Source: an uncultured Acidobacteriota bacterium (lineage in GTDB: Bacteria; Acidobacteriota; JAQAZP01). From it: a stretch of DNA of 64,000 bases. Under the pieces are notes generated by a model, which was not told the DNA's origin, did no database searches, and worked only from the letters and a program-made list of their open reading frames with translations. A program made the position numbers and the translations under genes. The stretch lies in the NCBI GenBank assembly GCA_963836075.1, contig CAWIIB010000001.1, forward strand, positions 544,001 to 608,000, given 5' to 3'. Shown one piece after another: positions 61,495 through 64,000 of the stretch. The first letter of the stretch is position 1; each line of letters opens with the position of its first letter.

Positions 61495-63491
61495 TCACAT
61501 CATCCGGTCAATCAACAGGCTCAGCAGAAACCCGGCCAGGGCTCCGGCCAGCAGGAAATGAACCCTGAGCCACCGCAGCGCCCGCTGGGCGCCGCCGTCC
61601 GGACTGGCTCTCCCCGGCCCGCCAACGGTCCAGCGCAAGGCCAGGACACCGGCCAGCAGGCCCAGCAGCAGACCGGCCAGCCGGTCCAGCAGAGCCCGGC
61701 GGTCGGAGGCGGCCAGCAGGGCTCCGCTCTCCAGCCCCATGCCTGAAACGGCACGGTAGCGGCAGTTGGCGCCGCTGCCCGGCGTTGCCGGGGATCTCCG
61801 GTCTATCCTCAATGAATGAACACGGTTATCTTCCCCTCCCGGAGAGCCGTATTGCAAAGTATAGTGGCCGGTGAAACCTTCAGTCAACTTGAGCGCCAGA
61901 CGCCGCAGATACTCGTTGGTCCTGCCGCCATCCCGCTCGGGATGCAGCACGGGATAGACCGGCACACCGGGATGGCTGCGCAGCCCCTTGGGCACATCGG
62001 GACGCATGTCCTGCCGGGTAAATGTTCCGGGACGGCAGAAGTAGATCACCGCTCCCCCGCCGGGCGCTGCGGTCCCCAACAGCGCTGCCGCCCGGGTCAG
62101 CGCCGCGTAGTACCCCCGTGCTTCCGCCTCGCCCAGCCGGATCGACTCCAGCCGCTCCAGGATCAGCCGCCGGTCGGTGGTGAAGTCCTGCTCCACCCGG
62201 GCGTCCGCCCCGTGGGAGACCAGGGCCACCGGTCCAGAGGCGGGCCAGCGTTCCAGGAATCGGGTGACCGCGGCTTTGAGCAGGAAGAGGCCGCGGCCGC
62301 GCTCCTCGCGGGTGGCCTGGACCACCAGTACCAGCCGCGGGATCCGCACTCCGGGCGCCGTAACGAAACGGAGGTCCGCGTCCTCCAGCGTCCTGCCGTC
62401 CAGCAGCAGACGGAAATCGTCCAGCCCCAGGCCTTTTCGTTCCAGGCCCGCGGCGTCGAAGACCCGGAAGCGGCAGGAGACCCTGGGCAGTTCCCGCAGG
62501 TCCAGCGTTTCCAGTTCCACCGATCCTGATTCTCCGGCCCGGGCCGCCGCTCCGGCGCCCAGGGCGAGCGAGCAGAGCAGGAGGAGGATCAGGGGCAGCC
62601 GGGAGCCGCGGAGTTCCGGATCCCGGTAGCCCACCCGCAGGGTGGTCAGCCCCACGGTGAGCAGGTCGCCGTCGCGCAGGGCCACCGCGTCGCAGGGGCG
62701 GCCGTTGACCTTCAGCAGGTTTGTGTCCTTCCCTCGTTCCTGATCTTGTACCCGCCGACCTTGTGGTCCCGCAGGATCACCGCCTGTTCCCGTGACACGG
62801 TCTGGTCGTCCAGCGACAGGTCGTTGCGGCGCTTCCCGGGCCGGCCCACCAGGATGCGCTCAGCGCTGAAGGCATGCTGCTTGCCGGTGTCCGGCCCGGC
62901 CACCACCACCAGTTGGAGGACACAGTCCCGTCCCGGACGCAGCAGTGGACCATCGGCCGCCGGGGGGCCGGCCCCGGGCGGGTGAAGCGAACGGCTGTTG
63001 ATGCGGGAAAACCGGGCCACGCCCAGGGGCAGCGAGCCGAGCACCAGGACCAGCAGGCCCACGATCAGCAGCAGGTCGTGGCGCGGCCGGCTGCGCTGCA
63101 CTTCCAGGACCAGCGGCCGGAGGGCGTTCTCCGGGTCCTGTCCCACGAACCCGGACACGCGGCAGCTCACCCCGGCCCGGGGGGGCCGCCGGGTGATTAC
63201 CCGGATGGTCTTGCCGTTGCCGTCCCGCAGCAGGTAGGCGCCCAGTGAGGTGCCGTCGGTGGCCCTGCCCACCGGCTCGGCGGTCACTCCGTGAAGGATC
63301 ACCGCGCGGCCACCGTGGGAGGCCGGAGAGTGGTTGATCCGCTGGATCGACTCCTCGCGGAAGCGCGGGCGGACGGACTGGCAGGCCGAGAGGACGAGGA
63401 CGGCCAGCAGCAGAAAAAGCAGGGGAATGGCCCGCCCTCCGGGCATCCGCCCGGATCGCCGGCCGGCAGGGGCAGAGCGTCCAGATGTCAT
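61495..63491 (-). CDS. membrane/lipoprotein with OB-fold-like, FHA and VWA-like domains (frameshift at ~62720)
   Basis: The FHA domain begins in ORF 62712..63491 (GR, SREQA) and ends in the frame of 61495..62685 (VNG....L.DGD.LTVG). Then a TM, a VWA-like domain (QDFTTDR..I...L) and two C-terminal TMs. Confidence 0.65.
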
Positions 63492-64000
63492 TCCATCTCC
63501 GGCTTGAGCCGCCGTTCCATCAGCCTGGCGATGGCCGCCGCCGGGTCGGCGCCCTGGTGGAGAACCGCATTCATCTCGATGGTGATCGGCATTTCCACCC
63601 CGTGCTTTGCGGCCAGTTCCAGCACCGAGCGGGTGGTCTTCACCCCTTCGGCCACGGTGACCTTGCCGGCCATGGCCTCTTCCAGGGTTCTTCCGCGACC
63701 CAGCTCCACCCCCAGCGAGCGGTTGCGGCTCAACTCGCCGGTGCAGGTGAGCACCAGGTCGCCCATCCCGGAAAGCCCGGCCAGGGTACCGGGCAGCGCC
63801 CCCAGGGCCACGGCCAGGCGCTCCATCTCCACCAGGCCCCGGGTGAGCAGCGCGGCGGTGGTGTTGTGCCCCAGCCCGATGCCCTGGACCACGCCGGCGG
63901 CGATGGCGATGACGTTCTTCACCGCCCCGCCCAGCTCCACGCCCACCACGTCAGTGGTGCGGTAGAGCCGGAAACGGCTGCCCGAGAGGTTCTCCTGGAT
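63488..64000 (-). CDS. gpsA: NAD(P)H-dependent glycerol-3-phosphate dehydrogenase (5' end outside the window)
   Basis: FRLY..TDVVGVELGGAVKNVIAIA.G, GLSGMGDL.LTC...SRN, AEGV.T, MPIT. Confidence 0.96.
   Translation of the reverse strand: MQENLSGSRFRLYRTTDVVGVELGGAVKNVIAIAAGVVQGIGLGHNTTAALLTRGLVEMERLAVALGALPGTLAGLSGMGDLVLTCTGELSRNRSLGVELGRGRTLEEAMAGKVTVAEGVKTTRSVLELAAKHGVEMPITIEMNAVLHQGADPAAAIARLMERRLKPEME

Noticed and set aside
57880-62730. Programmed ribosomal frameshifting or phase variation as the cause of the split genes
   Set aside because: The breaks have no slippery heptamers or long homopolymer/SSR tracts; they are single duplicated bases.

Overview
GC-rich Gram-negative chromosomal segment. 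Gene content and order suggest an Acidobacteriota-like or deltaproteobacteria-like anaerobe (inference). Most of it is core genome: Kdo/LPS genes (kdsB-pyrG-kdsA-kdsD-kdsC, split ADP-heptose enzymes, waaL, lpxH), tatAC, ctpA, queD/queF, nagZ, purC, tRNA-Phe, recA, ffh-rpsP-khpA-rimM-trmD-rplS, ftsY-ribD-ribE and a partial gpsA. Three things stand out. (1) A circularly permuted cofactor-independent phosphoglycerate mutase (3065-4693) with its own consensus promoter and altered substrate loops. (2) An operon joining a P-loop ATPase and a four-subunit Vor-type 2-oxoacid:ferredoxin oxidoreductase to a HydABC/Bfu-type electron-bifurcating module that has no catalytic subunit, followed by an orphan CooF/WorS-like ferredoxin and a Zn-ribbon protein (21725-29157). 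(3) A signalling cluster (57113-63491) of an FHA-VWA membrane protein, an FHA-GAF class III adenylate cyclase and a Cache-HAMP-HD-GYP enzyme with the RxxQ signature of 3',3'-cGAMP-specific phosphodiesterases. Several genes carry +1/+2 frameshifts that look like long-read insertion errors. No CRISPR array, rRNA, integrase or transposase was seen.
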